From Cyanophyceae cyanobacterium (GTDB lineage Bacteria > Cyanobacteriota > Cyanobacteriia > Cyanobacteriales > JBHJGN01), in contig JBHJGN010000001.1 in the NCBI GenBank assembly GCA_050331735.1, positions 32,001 to 96,000 on the forward strand: a DNA stretch of 64,000 nucleotides, in the 5' to 3' direction. Positions 39,372 to 50,751 of the stretch are shown piece by piece. The notes under the pieces are model-generated. The model was not told where the DNA came from. It ran no database searches and saw nothing but the letters and a program-made list of their open reading frames with translations. Numbering within the stretch: position 1 is the first letter of the stretch; each line of letters begins with the position of its first letter. The position numbers and the translations under genes are program-made.

Positions 39372-39839
39372 ATGACTGCTCATGCTCAATTAACCATTCG
39401 TGCTGCTCAGCCGTCCGACGTGACGGCTATTTTTCAGCTCATTGAAGCCCTTGCTCAGTATGAAAAGCTCTCCCAGGCAGTGACAGGTAATGTAGAGGCT
39501 TTAGAAAAACATTTGTTTGGTCCGCGCCCCTACGCTGAAGCAATCGTCGCTCAGTGGGAAGAGCAAGTGGTCGGATTTGCCCTATTTTTTACCAACTACT
39601 CCACCTTCTTAACCCGGCCAGGAATTTATCTAGAGGACATTTTTGTGCTGCCAGAGTATCGTCGTCGCGGAATTGGTCGAGCCATCCTGGACCGGGTTGC
39701 TCAAATCGCTAGGGAGAGAGGCTGTAGTCGGCTGGAGTGGAGCGTTCTCGACTGGAATGAACCCGCGATCGCCTTTTACAAAGAGCTAGGGGCAACCGTG
39801 TTAGAAGAGTGGCGCATCTGCCGCATCTCCTCCCCCTAG
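39372..39839 (+). CDS. GNAT acetyltransferase (diamine/spermidine acetyltransferase-like)
   Basis: LAQYEKL, YSTF..GIYLEDIFV.PEYRRRGIG and WSVLDWNEPAIAFY. Confidence 0.88.
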   Translation: MTAHAQLTIRAAQPSDVTAIFQLIEALAQYEKLSQAVTGNVEALEKHLFGPRPYAEAIVAQWEEQVVGFALFFTNYSTFLTRPGIYLEDIFVLPEYRRRGIGRAILDRVAQIARERGCSRLEWSVLDWNEPAIAFYKELGATVLEEWRICRISSP

Positions 39840-39905
39840 ATCAAGACGGAGCAACGCTCGCTCCGATTTTTCTGATTAAACGCTACACAAGTTAAACCTC
39901 GGCCA

Positions 39906-39965
39906 AGGGTTAAAGGAAAAGACAAATCAACTGTCCTTTTCCCTTTCCCCCTTCCCCTTGACCCC
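39906..39965. repeat. Purine/pyrimidine-run inverted repeat between convergent genes
   Basis: GGGTTAAAGGAAAAGACA...TGTCCTTTTCCCTTTCCCCCTTCCCCTTGACCCC. Confidence 0.55.
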
Positions 39966-40013
39966 ATTCAACCATTGGTAGCTCTCTCAAGCTGATGCCA
40001 AGACAAATGCCAG

Positions 40014-40793
40014 CTACTTGAAGCGAGTGAGCTGAACGCGGTAGCGCTGCTTTTTGGTGATGGCGACTTCTCCTACCTCGACTCGTCCTTTCCCGCGTAC
40101 CGAGATCAGGTCTCCTGGGCGAACGGTGTGGCTTGGCTGAGTCACTTCTTTCCAGTTGACCCGTACATCTCCTGTGCTAATGGCATCCGCCATCTTACTG
40201 CGGGACATGCCTAAGCCAGCCGAGGCGATCGCATCGAGGCGCAGCGACGCTTCCACCGTGGTCATCGCTTTTTGCTGAGGCGGACGAATCTTCAACTCGC
40301 TCAGTTCGATGCGCCGGGTTTTCACAGGGACAGAGCGGACCTGCACCAGCGCCGTTTCTAAAAACTCTACTAGTTCTGGCACCACAATCACCTGAGCCCC
40401 TCGTTCGCCGAGCACGTTAATATCGCCGATTTTCTCGCGAACGACTCCCGTTCCCAAAATCGCGCCCAAGAAATCTCGATGAGTAGCAGAATCGAACAGA
40501 AAATTTCCGGCAATATCAAGAGCCGCTAATTCGATCGAAGACTGCTCTAGAGGCACTTCAGAACGAGAAATACCGATGCGTTGACGTTCGGCTTGCGGAT
40601 AGCCCCCCCAGGCCAGAATCTCTACTTCCGTCAGCCGACTGAAGGCTTGCTGAACATCGACAATGACCGCCGGAGAAACAAAATCGGTGGCAACCACTTC
40701 CCACGTTCTGAGCGCTTGCTCGGCTTTGTCTACAACCCGAACTACCGCTTCTCGCTCGGCAACTCCTTTGAGTAATTCTTCTCTTGGCAGCAT
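40014..40793 (-). CDS. Photosystem II S4 domain protein (YlmH/Sll1252 family)
   Basis: GGYPQAERQR, HRDFLGAILG, and S4 domain SLRLDAIAS...GDLISVRGKGR. Confidence 0.92.
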   Translation of the reverse strand: MLPREELLKGVAEREAVVRVVDKAEQALRTWEVVATDFVSPAVIVDVQQAFSRLTEVEILAWGGYPQAERQRIGISRSEVPLEQSSIELAALDIAGNFLFDSATHRDFLGAILGTGVVREKIGDINVLGERGAQVIVVPELVEFLETALVQVRSVPVKTRRIELSELKIRPPQQKAMTTVEASLRLDAIASAGLGMSRSKMADAISTGDVRVNWKEVTQPSHTVRPGDLISVRGKGRVEVGEVAITKKQRYRVQLTRFK

Positions 40794-40805
40794 AATGTTT
40801 AAAAA

Positions 40806-41324
40806 TTAAGCACTGAGCGTCTCAGTCTCGGTGAAAGTTTGCAGGTCTTCGGGGTCAAACTGCTGAAGAACCTCAGTAGCTCGGTTCTTCACGTTCGCTG
40901 TTCCTTTCACCGCGACTAAATACTTGCCAGCTTGAAGGCGATCGCGGTAGGGAGGCTCTTCTTCCCGTCCAAAATTCAACACCCCACCGCCAACAAAAAA
41001 GCTCCCCATGGCCGCCGCTACGGCCCCAAACAGCCCTCCCAGGACGTGATTGCCTAAAGCTCCTAGGGGTTCTACAATCGCGATGCCGGTTTGCAAATTA
41101 AAGACGTAGCCCGCCACAAAGCCAAAGGGAATGAGCCACAAAGCCATTCCGCGCGATCGCCGACTAGCCAGCGCCTTTGGGTCCAGCACACTAAACGCCT
41201 CGCTTGTCTGATATCCCTGACCGATAATCGTTATTTGCTCGGAAGACAATCCGGCTTTTTCCAACCCGGTTAAGGCGGCTTCAGCCTTAGTTTTATCTGG
41301 CAAGACCGCCACTAAGTAGTTCAT
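40806..41324 (-). CDS. Conserved cyanobacterial membrane protein
   Basis: MNYLVAVL...WLIPFGFVAG...GGLFGAVAAAMGSFFVGG...YRDRLQAGKYLV. Confidence 0.75.
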   Translation of the reverse strand: MNYLVAVLPDKTKAEAALTGLEKAGLSSEQITIIGQGYQTSEAFSVLDPKALASRRSRGMALWLIPFGFVAGYVFNLQTGIAIVEPLGALGNHVLGGLFGAVAAAMGSFFVGGGVLNFGREEEPPYRDRLQAGKYLVAVKGTANVKNRATEVLQQFDPEDLQTFTETETLSA

Positions 41325-41636
41325 GACTAGAATTCAACGACGATTTCTTCTAGCGTAGCAGTCGCCGTCTGGCGTTAACAGTCTTTGACCACTTGCTTAA
41401 GCATTGACGAAAATAAGCCTATTTTGTTAGCAAATACCTAGCCAAATGCTCATAGCTAATAAAAGGTAGCTGCTCCCGACAAATTAACGATTGAGGAGAG
41501 CTCCCTTTCCCGTTACAATAGGCTACTGCGGCTGCTTGTTGCAGATTCAATCTGAGACGCAAGCTTAAATAACGCTTTAACTAGCCTTACGGAGCTAGTT
41601 ATCTAATACTGGTTCGCTCTCACCCCTCTATTGACT

Positions 41637-43217
41637 ATGGCTAAGGTTCTTGTCTCTGATTCCATCGATCAAGCTGGCATTGATATTCTCTCCCAAGTTG
41701 CCCAGGTTGATGTCAAAACAGGTCTTCCTCCTGAAGAACTCGCTAAAATTATTCCCGAATACGATGCCTTAATGCTCCGCTCTGGAACCAAAGTCACCCA
41801 AGAGGTGATTGAGGCTGGCACTCGATTGAAGATCATTGGACGGGCTGGAGTAGGCGTTGACAATATTGATGTCCCGAGCGCCACTCGCTATGGCATTGTG
41901 GTGGTTAACTCTCCTGAAGGCAATACGATTGCCGCCGCCGAACACGCTCTGGCCATGATGCTTTCTCTTTCTCGCTACATTCCAGAAGCAAATCAGTCGG
42001 TCAAAGCCGGCAAGTGGGAACGCAAAAAATTTATTGGCTCTGAAGTTTATAAAAAGACGCTCGGAGTGGTCGGTTTAGGAAAAATTGGCGCTCATGTGGC
42101 GACTGTCGGGCGCTCCATGGGCATGAAACTGCTGGCTTACGACCCGTTTATTTCCAAAGAGCGAGCCGACCAGCTCGGCTGTAGCCTTGTCGATCTAGAT
42201 CTCCTCTTTACGGAATCAGACTATATCACCCTCCACGTTCCCAAAACCCCAGAAACCACTCATCTGATTAACGCTCAAACTCTGGCCAAAATGAAGCCCG
42301 CGGCTCGACTGATTAACTGCTCTCGCGGCGGGATTATTGATGAGGACGCTCTTGTTGAGGCGATCGCCGCTAAGAAAATTGCCGGTGCAGCCCTCGATGT
42401 CTATGAAACAGAGCCATTGGGGGAATCACGGCTCAAAGACATGGGGAGCAACGTTGTCCTCACTCCCCACCTCGGAGCCTCGACAGCAGAAGCCCAGGTT
42501 AATGTTGCTATTGATGTGGCCGAACAAATTAGAGACGTAATTTTGGGGCTGCCTGCCCGGTCTGCGGTGAACATTCCCGGGCTGAATCCGGACGTAATGG
42601 AGAAACTGAGACCTTACCTGAAAATGGCAGAAACGCTCGGAAAGCTGGTGGGTCAATTAGCCGGGGGCAGAATCGAGCAGCTCAACGTTCGTCTTCAGGG
42701 AGATTTAGCCAGCAACGCCAGCCAACCGCTCGTTGTAGCAGCCATCAAAGGTTTGTTAACTCCGGCCCTGCGGGAGCGGGTAAACTACGTTAACGCCAGT
42801 ATTGAAGCCAAAGAGCGAGGCATTCGGGTTGTAGAAACGAGAGATGCGTCGATGCGAGATTACTCCGGCTCGCTGCATCTAGAGGCCAAAGGCTCCCTCG
42901 GACAGCATTCAGTGATGGGTACGCTCCTCAGTGACGGAGAAATTCGGATTACAAATCTGGACGAATTTCCGATCAATGTGCCTCCGAGCGGTCACATGCT
43001 GTTTACCCTACACCGGGATATGCCGGGAATCATTGGTAAAATCGGGTCTTTGCTGGGCAGCTTTAACGTCAACATTGCCAGTATGCAGGTAGGACGCAAA
43101 ATCGTGCGCGGCGACGCGGTGATGGTGCTCAGCCTTGACGATCCGCTCCCAGACGGGCTGCTCTCAGAAATCACTAAAGTCGCCGGAATCAGAGATGCCT
43201 ACACCGTACAGCTTTAA
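41637..43217 (+). CDS. serA: D-3-phosphoglycerate dehydrogenase
   Basis: GRAGVGVDN, GLGKIG, TPHLGAST, and C-terminal ASB and ACT domains. Confidence 0.97.
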   Translation: MAKVLVSDSIDQAGIDILSQVAQVDVKTGLPPEELAKIIPEYDALMLRSGTKVTQEVIEAGTRLKIIGRAGVGVDNIDVPSATRYGIVVVNSPEGNTIAAAEHALAMMLSLSRYIPEANQSVKAGKWERKKFIGSEVYKKTLGVVGLGKIGAHVATVGRSMGMKLLAYDPFISKERADQLGCSLVDLDLLFTESDYITLHVPKTPETTHLINAQTLAKMKPAARLINCSRGGIIDEDALVEAIAAKKIAGAALDVYETEPLGESRLKDMGSNVVLTPHLGASTAEAQVNVAIDVAEQIRDVILGLPARSAVNIPGLNPDVMEKLRPYLKMAETLGKLVGQLAGGRIEQLNVRLQGDLASNASQPLVVAAIKGLLTPALRERVNYVNASIEAKERGIRVVETRDASMRDYSGSLHLEAKGSLGQHSVMGTLLSDGEIRITNLDEFPINVPPSGHMLFTLHRDMPGIIGKIGSLLGSFNVNIASMQVGRKIVRGDAVMVLSLDDPLPDGLLSEITKVAGIRDAYTVQL

Positions 43218-43291
43218 GAATATTAAGAATAATGGACAGAGCGAACAATTAGTAGACAGGCTCATTGATAATTGCTCATCGGTCACTAAAT

Positions 43292-44164
43292 ATGCGCTGG
43301 TGGAAAATAGAAGTTCAGTGTAGTCCCGAACAGGAGGAGTCTGTTTTTTATCGACTAGACGAATTTGGCTGTCGCGGGACGGCAACAGAGGTTCAAGGGG
43401 AAACGCTTTGGGTGCGCGGCTATCTTCCCCAGGAAGAAACAGCGGTTGCCGAGCTAGAGGCGCTGGCGCAGCGGCTTAGGAAAGATGCGGCGGAGCTATG
43501 GCGATCACCACTCATCGATTGGGACTCTCTAGACGAAGAGGACTGGGCAAATAGCTGGAAGCAGGACTGGCAGCCAACCCCCGTTGGCGATCGCTTTTTG
43601 GTGTGTCCGGCTTGGCTCTCGCCTGCTCCTGACGAGCAGCGCACGGTCATTCGCCTCGATCCGGGGGCGGCTTTTGGCACCGGAACCCATCCGACAACGC
43701 AGCTTTGCCTAGCCGCGCTCGCAAGCTGCCTTAACGAGGCTCCGCTCCTCGCCGATATTGGCTGTGGCTCTGGGATTCTCTCGATTGGTGCGCTCTTGCT
43801 GGGGGCACAACGAGTCTATGCGGTCGATTTAGATCCCCTCGCCGTTAGCGCTACGGCTAATAATCGACAGCTAAACCACCTTGAAGAGACTCGTCTGCTT
43901 GTAGAGCAAGGCAGTATTGAAAAGATAGCGGAAAAGGTTGACGGGGTAATGTGCAATATTTTAGCTCCTGTGATCGTCCAATTGATTCCGCAACTGTCGA
44001 GGATTACGAAACCGCATAGTTGGGGGCTGCTGAGCGGAATTTTGGGGCGCCAAGTCAACGACGTTGCTGCTGTTTTGCAGCAGCATCGCTGGACCATTGC
44101 TCAGCATTGGCAGCAGCAAGAGTGGAGTTGCCTCAAAATTGTTCAAAACTTGAATAAAGATTAA
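43292..44164 (+). CDS. prmA: Ribosomal protein L11 methyltransferase
   Basis: EEDWANSWK, DPGAAFGTGTHPTT, DIGCGSGIL and NILA. Start moved to ATG 43292. Confidence 0.95.
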   Translation: MRWWKIEVQCSPEQEESVFYRLDEFGCRGTATEVQGETLWVRGYLPQEETAVAELEALAQRLRKDAAELWRSPLIDWDSLDEEDWANSWKQDWQPTPVGDRFLVCPAWLSPAPDEQRTVIRLDPGAAFGTGTHPTTQLCLAALASCLNEAPLLADIGCGSGILSIGALLLGAQRVYAVDLDPLAVSATANNRQLNHLEETRLLVEQGSIEKIAEKVDGVMCNILAPVIVQLIPQLSRITKPHSWGLLSGILGRQVNDVAAVLQQHRWTIAQHWQQQEWSCLKIVQNLNKD

Positions 44165-44354
44165 TATTTTCTGGAAAATCTATTCTTACTCGTTGAACTG
44201 CGCGTTAAGATAACGAGCTCATCAAAATCAAACGAAAGAACGAAAAAAGAAGCTAAAATATTTGAGCTTGCTCAAAGCCGCCACCGGAGTTCACGTCTGG
44301 TAGAACGATGAGTTTGAAATATGCTGCCAAGCTAGTCTCCTCTTTATTTCTCGT

Positions 44355-46277
44355 ATGAGCCAACAATCTAACTTTCTGCCGATTTCTCGACGAACTGCTG
44401 TTAAGCTGCTAGGTGTTGGTGCCGTGGGAGGCTTACTAGGGTATTCAAGGTTTGCTAAACCTCAGCCATCAGTCTTTGAGCAAGATCGCCTAGAGCTGCC
44501 GCCGCGACTGAATCAGCCGAAGACGGCTGTTGTCGTTGGTGCCGGTTTAGCCGGACTCGCCTGCGCCTACGAACTCAGTCAGCGAGGATTTGCCGTCACC
44601 TTGCTGGAGAAGTCGTCTAACCTCGGCGGTAAAGTGGCGAGCTGGCAAATTCGCGTCGGGGAAGAAGAATTTAGAATGGAGCATGGCTTTCACGGCTTTT
44701 TTCCCCAGTACTACAATCTCAATAATCTTGTCCAGGAACTGAACCTCGTCGAGAATTTTAAATCGTTAGATTTTTACTCTCTCGTTTTCCGAGATGCTGT
44801 TTATCAGCCAGAGGTGTTTCGTCCCAGTCACTCGGCCTTTCCGTGGAATATCGTTGATTTGGCGATCGCTTCTCCCAATCGTTGGCGTTGGGGCATTAAT
44901 TTAGCCAAGCTCAAGCATCTGGAGGTTTTCCACGAAATTACGGGATTCAAAATTCCGAAAACCTTCGATCATCTCGACAGGATGTCGGTGGCTCAGTGGG
45001 TTGCTCGAGATTTTCCGCAAGGTCTCTACGATCTCTACTTTCTGCCCTTTGCCAAATCGAGCCTCAATGCCCCAGACCGCCTCAGCGCCGGAGAACTGCT
45101 CCAGTTCTTTCACTTTTATTTCTTTGGCAACCCCGAAGGGCTAGCTTTTAACGGAACTCGGCAGGATATGGGGACGAGTTTAGTAAAGCCGATTGCGGAA
45201 GCGATAGAGCGCAATGGGGGTCGAATCATCACAGAAGCAGCAGTAAGCTCCATTACCTGTAGCGAGAAGAAGATTGCCTCTGTAAGCTATCAGCAGGGTC
45301 ATCGGGCGAGTACTATCCCTTTCTGGGTGGAGAGCACAGCGCAAGACAACCAGATGAAATACTACGGTGCGGCTGATACTGTTTTTGCCGCGGCACCAGA
45401 AGGGAACGAAGCGCTGTCTCTCAAATGCACCCATCAAGGTTGTACGGTAGGACGACAAGCCGATGGCACTTTCTTATGTCCGTGTCATGGTGCTCGTTAT
45501 GATGAGCAAGGACGGGTAGTTAGCGGTCCAGCGACCAGAGATTTACGCCGTTTCCAGATTACCGAACGCAACAACCAAGCACTTCAGTTGGTAGCTGACA
45601 CCTCCCTTGCCTCCCCAGAAGAGACAATCGTCGCTGATTATACGGTGATCGCCACTGACGTTCCGGGAGTGCAGCAGTTGCTGCGGCTGATGCAGGGAAA
45701 CGATTGCGGAGTGAAAGCCCAGGTGGAACGATTGGCAGTAGCCGATCCGTTTGCTGTCGCTCGTTTCTGGTTCGACCAAGATTTTGAGTGGGAACATAGT
45801 CATTTCACCTCTCTTTCCGGCTATCAGCTCACCGACAGTATTACTCTTTATCACCGCATCCAGGATCAGTTTATTGACTGGGCGCAGCGCACCGGAGGCA
45901 GCGTCGTAGAGCTACACGCCTACTGTTACAAAGAGAAGGAGTTTCCGACTCAACAAGCGTTGCTATGCACCTTTGAGCAGGAACTCTATGAAATTGTTCC
46001 CGCTTTAGCCCAGGCAAAGATGCTGCACCGGGAATTGGTTAACCAGAAGAATTTTTCTGGCTATCCTCCGAACAGCTACGATGAGCGTCCTGAAACCACC
46101 ACTCAAATTCCTAATTTAGTTTTTGCTGGAGACTGGGTAAAAATGCCGTTTCCCTGCGGCTTGATGGAGCGAGCCGTCAGCAGTGGCTTGCTGGCCGCCA
46201 ATGCGATTCTTCATCGGGAAGGATTGCAAAGAAAGACGCTGCTATCGGTGAATCCCGAGGGAGTATTTAAAATTTAG
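44355..46277 (+). CDS. cruE: FAD oxidoreductase with inserted Rieske domain; CrtU/CruE-like aromatic carotenoid synthase
   Basis: GAGLAGL FAD motif, [13 protein letters not shown], Rieske CTHQGC...CPCHG, AGDW...MERAVSSG; N-terminal SRR twin-Arg-like segment. Confidence 0.75.
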   Translation: MSQQSNFLPISRRTAVKLLGVGAVGGLLGYSRFAKPQPSVFEQDRLELPPRLNQPKTAVVVGAGLAGLACAYELSQRGFAVTLLEKSSNLGGKVASWQIRVGEEEFRMEHGFHGFFPQYYNLNNLVQELNLVENFKSLDFYSLVFRDAVYQPEVFRPSHSAFPWNIVDLAIASPNRWRWGINLAKLKHLEVFHEITGFKIPKTFDHLDRMSVAQWVARDFPQGLYDLYFLPFAKSSLNAPDRLSAGELLQFFHFYFFGNPEGLAFNGTRQDMGTSLVKPIAEAIERNGGRIITEAAVSSITCSEKKIASVSYQQGHRASTIPFWVESTAQDNQMKYYGAADTVFAAAPEGNEALSLKCTHQGCTVGRQADGTFLCPCHGARYDEQGRVVSGPATRDLRRFQITERNNQALQLVADTSLASPEETIVADYTVIATDVPGVQQLLRLMQGNDCGVKAQVERLAVADPFAVARFWFDQDFEWEHSHFTSLSGYQLTDSITLYHRIQDQFIDWAQRTGGSVVELHAYCYKEKEFPTQQALLCTFEQELYEIVPALAQAKMLHRELVNQKNFSGYPPNSYDERPETTTQIPNLVFAGDWVKMPFPCGLMERAVSSGLLAANAILHREGLQRKTLLSVNPEGVFKI

Positions 46278-46392
46278 CTAAACCAGAAGCAAAAGAGCCC
46301 CATTGTGGAGAAACGGTAATCAGGGCAGCAGAGTCAAAATTTTTTCTAGCCAGCCGTAGCGTCCCCACAGAAGCGTGACTCATGACCCTTAA

Positions 46393-48846
46393 TCAGGTTA
46401 ACACGTCTCCTCCCATCATCCGCTGATAGCGAACCTCCAGCTCTTGCTTCAAAGACGGCATCTTTTTCAACGAGGCATCGGCTAGAATCAGTTTTTCTGC
46501 CGCCTCCCGCGCTAAATTTAATACTTCCTGATCTTCGACTAAACTTGCTAACGCAAAATCCGGCAGCCCTGACTGACGCTTGCCTAATACCTCTCCAGGA
46601 CCGCGAAAGCGCAGATCCATTTCTGAGATGAAAAAGCCATCTTGAGACTGTTCCAAGACGCCGAGCCGCTGCCGCGAGTCTGGAGTCTTGCTGGTGCTCA
46701 TCAGCAAGCAGTAGGATTTATGGGAGCCGCGCCCTACCCGCCCTCGAAGCTGATGCAGTTGCGATAACCCAAACCGTTCCGCATTTTCAATCAGCATCAC
46801 GGTCGCGTTGGGAACGTCAACGCCGACCTCAATCACCGTCGTTGAAACGATAATTTGAGTAGCATTATCCCGAAACGCCGACAGTGCCTCCTCCTTTTCT
46901 ACTGCGCTCATCCGTCCGTGGAGCAAGCCGACCTGAAACTCACAGAAAATGCTTTCCGAAAGGCGCTGATGTTCCTCGACGGCGGCCCGCACGTCGAGCT
47001 TTTCTGATTCTTCGATCATCGGCAAAATAATGTAGGCCTGCCGTCCCTGCGCTACTTCCCGGCGAATCAAGTCATAGGCCTGGAGACGTTCTTTGCCAGC
47101 GAGGACAGAGGTTTGAATCGGCTGACGACCGGGGGGCAGTTCGTCTACCTGGCTAACATCTAAATCACCGTGGAGAGTGAGCGCTAGCGTTCGAGGAATG
47201 GGGGTGGCCGTCATCGTGAGCACGTGGGGAGACTGACCCTTGGCCAGCAACCGAGAGCGCTGCTGCACTCCAAAGCGGTGCTGTTCGTCGATTACCACTA
47301 GCCCTAACTGACTAAAATTCACGGGGTCTTGAATTAGAGCATGAGTACCAACCAGTAACGGGAGTTCCCCAGTGGCTAGCTGCGCGTAAATTTCGCGACG
47401 TTTCGCTGTTTTAGTCGATCCCGTCAGCAGCTCTACGGGGAGGTGCAGCAGATTAAACCAGCCCACTAGCTTCCGGTAGTGTTGCTCGGCTAACACCTCC
47501 GTTGGAGCCATCAGCGCCGCCTGATACCCCGACTGAATGGCGGCTAAAATCGCAAACACCGCGACAACGGTCTTGCCCGAGCCCACATCTCCCTGCACGA
47601 GCCGATTCATCGGCGTGGCCGATTGGAGATCTTGCAAAATGTCGCTAATCACTCGCTCTTGCGCTCCTGTGAGCGCAAACGGCAGCAGCCGCTGAAACTT
47701 CTCAATCAGTTGACCTTTGGGGAGCAACACGGCGCTGTGTTGCTCTCGCCGCTGCTGCTGGCGGCGCTCCAAAAAACCAAGCTGGAGGTAAAAAAATTCG
47801 TCAAACACCAACCGCCGTCTGGCGTGGGCGAGGGCAGTGTGCTCCTTGGGAAAATGAATATTGGCGATCGCCTCGGGCAGGGGAACTAAACCGTACTGAC
47901 GGCGAAGGCGAGCGGGCAGGGGGTCTTTAAGCTGCTCTAGGGCAGGCAGACAAGCGACAACCGCTTTGCGCACAGCATCGGCGGCAATGCCTTCGCTCAG
48001 CGGGTAAACCGGCAGCACTCGCCCGATTTTCAGCGAGTCAATGTTGGCGCCGGGACTGTCAAGGACTTCGATTTCGGGGTCTTCCAGGGTCAGGCCGTAC
48101 TTATTTTGCTTAACTAACCCTGAAGCGGCGACCGCTGCCCCCGGAGGGTACTGACGCTTCAGCTTTTGCTGCCAGCCCCGGTTACTAAAGCGAGCGCCTG
48201 CAAAAAAGCGGCTGAGCTTAAGCTGTCCGGTTGGGTCTTTGAGCAGGAGTTCAAAAATGGTCAGCTTTTTATTTTTTGGGCTGCTGAAGCAGTTGCAGCG
48301 CTTCACTGTTCCCACGACGGTCACGGATTCCCCGGGCACGAGGTGGGCCACCGCGACCTGACGAGCGTAATCGATGTGGTCTCGCGGATAGTAAAACAGC
48401 ACATCTCGGACTTGGTAGAGGCCAAGACGCTCGAGCTGCTTGCTGCGGGTGCGCCCGATGTCTGGGACTCCGCTGAGCGGCGCATCAAGCGCGATCGCCC
48501 GCTGGGATAGAGGCAGGGAGCGAGTACGGGGGAGCTTCGGCGGAGGCGGTTCTGAAGAAGCGTCGAGGTTTTGCTTGAGCTGAAGCAAAAAGCGGCGAGC
48601 GTCAGCAACTAAGTGCTGGCGCTGAGCCAGAGACATTTGAGAGTAGCGGGCAAACTGAGTCGCCATTTCCTGCCAGCGACGGCGCTCCTGAGACGACCCG
48701 AGCGAGAGAGATTTGCCAAAGCTGAGGCACAAAAACTCGCTGAAGCGGTAACGATGCCCCTGTAAATCGCTGAATCCCCGTTCCGCCTCTACTGAAAGCG
48801 CTTTTTGTAAGCGAACCCAATCTGGTGTTTCTCCTACATTGGTCAT
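46393..48846 (-). CDS. recG: ATP-dependent DNA helicase RecG
   Basis: GDVGSGKT, DEQH, TATPIPRT and QLRGRVGRG. Confidence 0.97.
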   Translation of the reverse strand: MTNVGETPDWVRLQKALSVEAERGFSDLQGHRYRFSEFLCLSFGKSLSLGSSQERRRWQEMATQFARYSQMSLAQRQHLVADARRFLLQLKQNLDASSEPPPPKLPRTRSLPLSQRAIALDAPLSGVPDIGRTRSKQLERLGLYQVRDVLFYYPRDHIDYARQVAVAHLVPGESVTVVGTVKRCNCFSSPKNKKLTIFELLLKDPTGQLKLSRFFAGARFSNRGWQQKLKRQYPPGAAVAASGLVKQNKYGLTLEDPEIEVLDSPGANIDSLKIGRVLPVYPLSEGIAADAVRKAVVACLPALEQLKDPLPARLRRQYGLVPLPEAIANIHFPKEHTALAHARRRLVFDEFFYLQLGFLERRQQQRREQHSAVLLPKGQLIEKFQRLLPFALTGAQERVISDILQDLQSATPMNRLVQGDVGSGKTVVAVFAILAAIQSGYQAALMAPTEVLAEQHYRKLVGWFNLLHLPVELLTGSTKTAKRREIYAQLATGELPLLVGTHALIQDPVNFSQLGLVVIDEQHRFGVQQRSRLLAKGQSPHVLTMTATPIPRTLALTLHGDLDVSQVDELPPGRQPIQTSVLAGKERLQAYDLIRREVAQGRQAYIILPMIEESEKLDVRAAVEEHQRLSESIFCEFQVGLLHGRMSAVEKEEALSAFRDNATQIIVSTTVIEVGVDVPNATVMLIENAERFGLSQLHQLRGRVGRGSHKSYCLLMSTSKTPDSRQRLGVLEQSQDGFFISEMDLRFRGPGEVLGKRQSGLPDFALASLVEDQEVLNLAREAAEKLILADASLKKMPSLKQELEVRYQRMMGGDVLT

Positions 48847-48988
48847 CGTTCTCTGTTGAGTGTTGAGTCAAGACCACTTAGTTTGGATAAGCTCTTGGCG
48901 GTTAGCGGCAGCCGCCTACTCAGAGCTAGTGACGTTCAGCTTCTGGAGCACTTCCCACTCTCTCATCACTGTTTCTCTCCTGCCTCAG

Positions 48989-49876
48989 TTAACGATCGAA
49001 CCAGCTTGCTCGCCAGGCGGCTTCGGCCTCGGCGATGGCATACTCGCGCCGCAGGCGACGATACTGCTGTCGGAGTTGGCGAATGCGCTCGGCTAATCGC
49101 CGAATTTTCTGACGCTTGGTAGTTAAACCCGGTTCAGAAAATTCTATTTCTGACCGACGCAGCCGAATTGCTGTAATTTTAGCAACGGTTGACTTTTGCG
49201 ATCGCTCGTTTTCGGCTTCAACGAGCAAATGAAGCAAGTTAGGCGGACTACTGACGGCGCTAGCTTCTTCAGACATCGCTACCTCGACCAGCTTTGGCGG
49301 GAGCTGATCTGGCAGAATTTTCGCTCGCTGTAGCAGACGATTCACTTCTACCGAGAAGTCAGTCAAAGTCCGATCGATTTTTTGTTCGATTTTTTTCTGC
49401 CAGCGACTCAGGTTTTCTGGGTTTTTTTCTCTATCTGCGTCATCCACTTCATCAAAGCTGGCTTCTTCCTCGCTCTCATCTTCGCTGGCCAATTCCTCTG
49501 TAGCCCCTAGTTCTTCCGCAGCCGATAGTGAAGAGTCTGTCGGCAACTCCTCCAGCAGTTTTTCCATAATGTTCAGCTCTTGAGAATCTTCTGGCTCTGA
49601 TTCTCTGAGTAAGGAGAGCTCATCGTGGATCTGCTCTCCTAGTCTCCGTAAATTTTCCTGAAGCTCTTCTCTTTGCCGTAAGGTCAAGGCCAGAAATGAC
49701 TGAGGATAGATTTGAGTACAAACTTGGTAGCAAGCCAGAGCTATCTGCTTGCGCGCTGCTTGACCGAGTAGATTCAAATACTGCTCGTAAAGATTGTTGA
49801 GTTCGGTCTCGACGGCTGTTGATGACTCTTCTAAGGCCGTCAGTTCCTGCTGAATTTGCCCGATTTTCCTGCCCAT
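48989..49876 (-). CDS. Conserved cyanobacterial helical protein between tsf and recG
   Basis: ACYQVCTQIYP, LRRSEIEF and AEAEAAWRASW conserved-looking blocks around an acidic linker. Confidence 0.75.
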   Translation of the reverse strand: MGRKIGQIQQELTALEESSTAVETELNNLYEQYLNLLGQAARKQIALACYQVCTQIYPQSFLALTLRQREELQENLRRLGEQIHDELSLLRESEPEDSQELNIMEKLLEELPTDSSLSAAEELGATEELASEDESEEEASFDEVDDADREKNPENLSRWQKKIEQKIDRTLTDFSVEVNRLLQRAKILPDQLPPKLVEVAMSEEASAVSSPPNLLHLLVEAENERSQKSTVAKITAIRLRRSEIEFSEPGLTTKRQKIRRLAERIRQLRQQYRRLRREYAIAEAEAAWRASWFDR

Positions 49877-50007
49877 CCTGACTCTAACGTTTTTTTACAG
49901 GAAAAGGAGCAGCTTGAGGCTCAAGCTACTCTTTCCGTATCAGTAGTAAAACTTTTGATCTACCTATCGAGAACGACTCCTGCAGCCCTTGGTGGTCAAG
50001 ACTGACC

Positions 50008-50667
50008 CTATTTTGTGCCTGCCTGTGCTGCTACTTCCTCGGCGAAATTACTTTCTTCTTTCTCAATGCCTTCGCCGAGAACAAAGCGAGCAAAGCGGCG
50101 CACCTGAATATTCTCACCGAGTTGGGAGATGTGTTGCTTGACTAATTCTTCCACGGTAATGCTTTGGTCGCGGATGTAGGGCTGATCCATCAACGTCAAC
50201 TCTTTCAGGCGCTTATCAATGCGACCTTGAACGATCTTTTCTTTGATATTGTCGGGTTTTTTTTGTAAATCATCCCGACCCATTTCAATTTCTTTTTCTT
50301 TCTGAATAATTTCCTCAGGAATATCAGTCACCTTGACGTATTCAACATTTTGGTAGGCAGCTACCTGCATGGCAATGTCGCGTACCAAGGTTTGGAACTC
50401 TTCACGCCGGGCCACAAAGTCCGTTTCACAGTTCACTTCGACAAGAACGCCAATTCGTCCTCCAGTATGGATGTAGCTCTCAATTAATCCCTCGGCAGCA
50501 ACGCGCCCCGCCTTCTTTTCGGCGGAGGTAATGCCTTTTTGCCGCAGCCACTCTGTGGCTTTGGTAAAATCTCCACCACTTTCTGTAAGCGCCTTTTTGC
50601 AATCCATCATGCCAGCGCCCGTTTTTTCCCGTAGCTCTTTGACAAGTTTTGCCGATATGTCCGCCAT
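50008..50667 (-). CDS. tsf: Elongation factor Ts
   Basis: [19 protein letters not shown] and [10 protein letters not shown]. Confidence 0.98.
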   Translation of the reverse strand: MADISAKLVKELREKTGAGMMDCKKALTESGGDFTKATEWLRQKGITSAEKKAGRVAAEGLIESYIHTGGRIGVLVEVNCETDFVARREEFQTLVRDIAMQVAAYQNVEYVKVTDIPEEIIQKEKEIEMGRDDLQKKPDNIKEKIVQGRIDKRLKELTLMDQPYIRDQSITVEELVKQHISQLGENIQVRRFARFVLGEGIEKEESNFAEEVAAQAGTK

Positions 50668-50751
50668 CTTGTTTTCCTACACTTATACGACCAATTATGA
50701 AGACCAGGGTCCGCCTCTATTGTATGAAGCGGAGTTCCTTTGCCATCTTAA

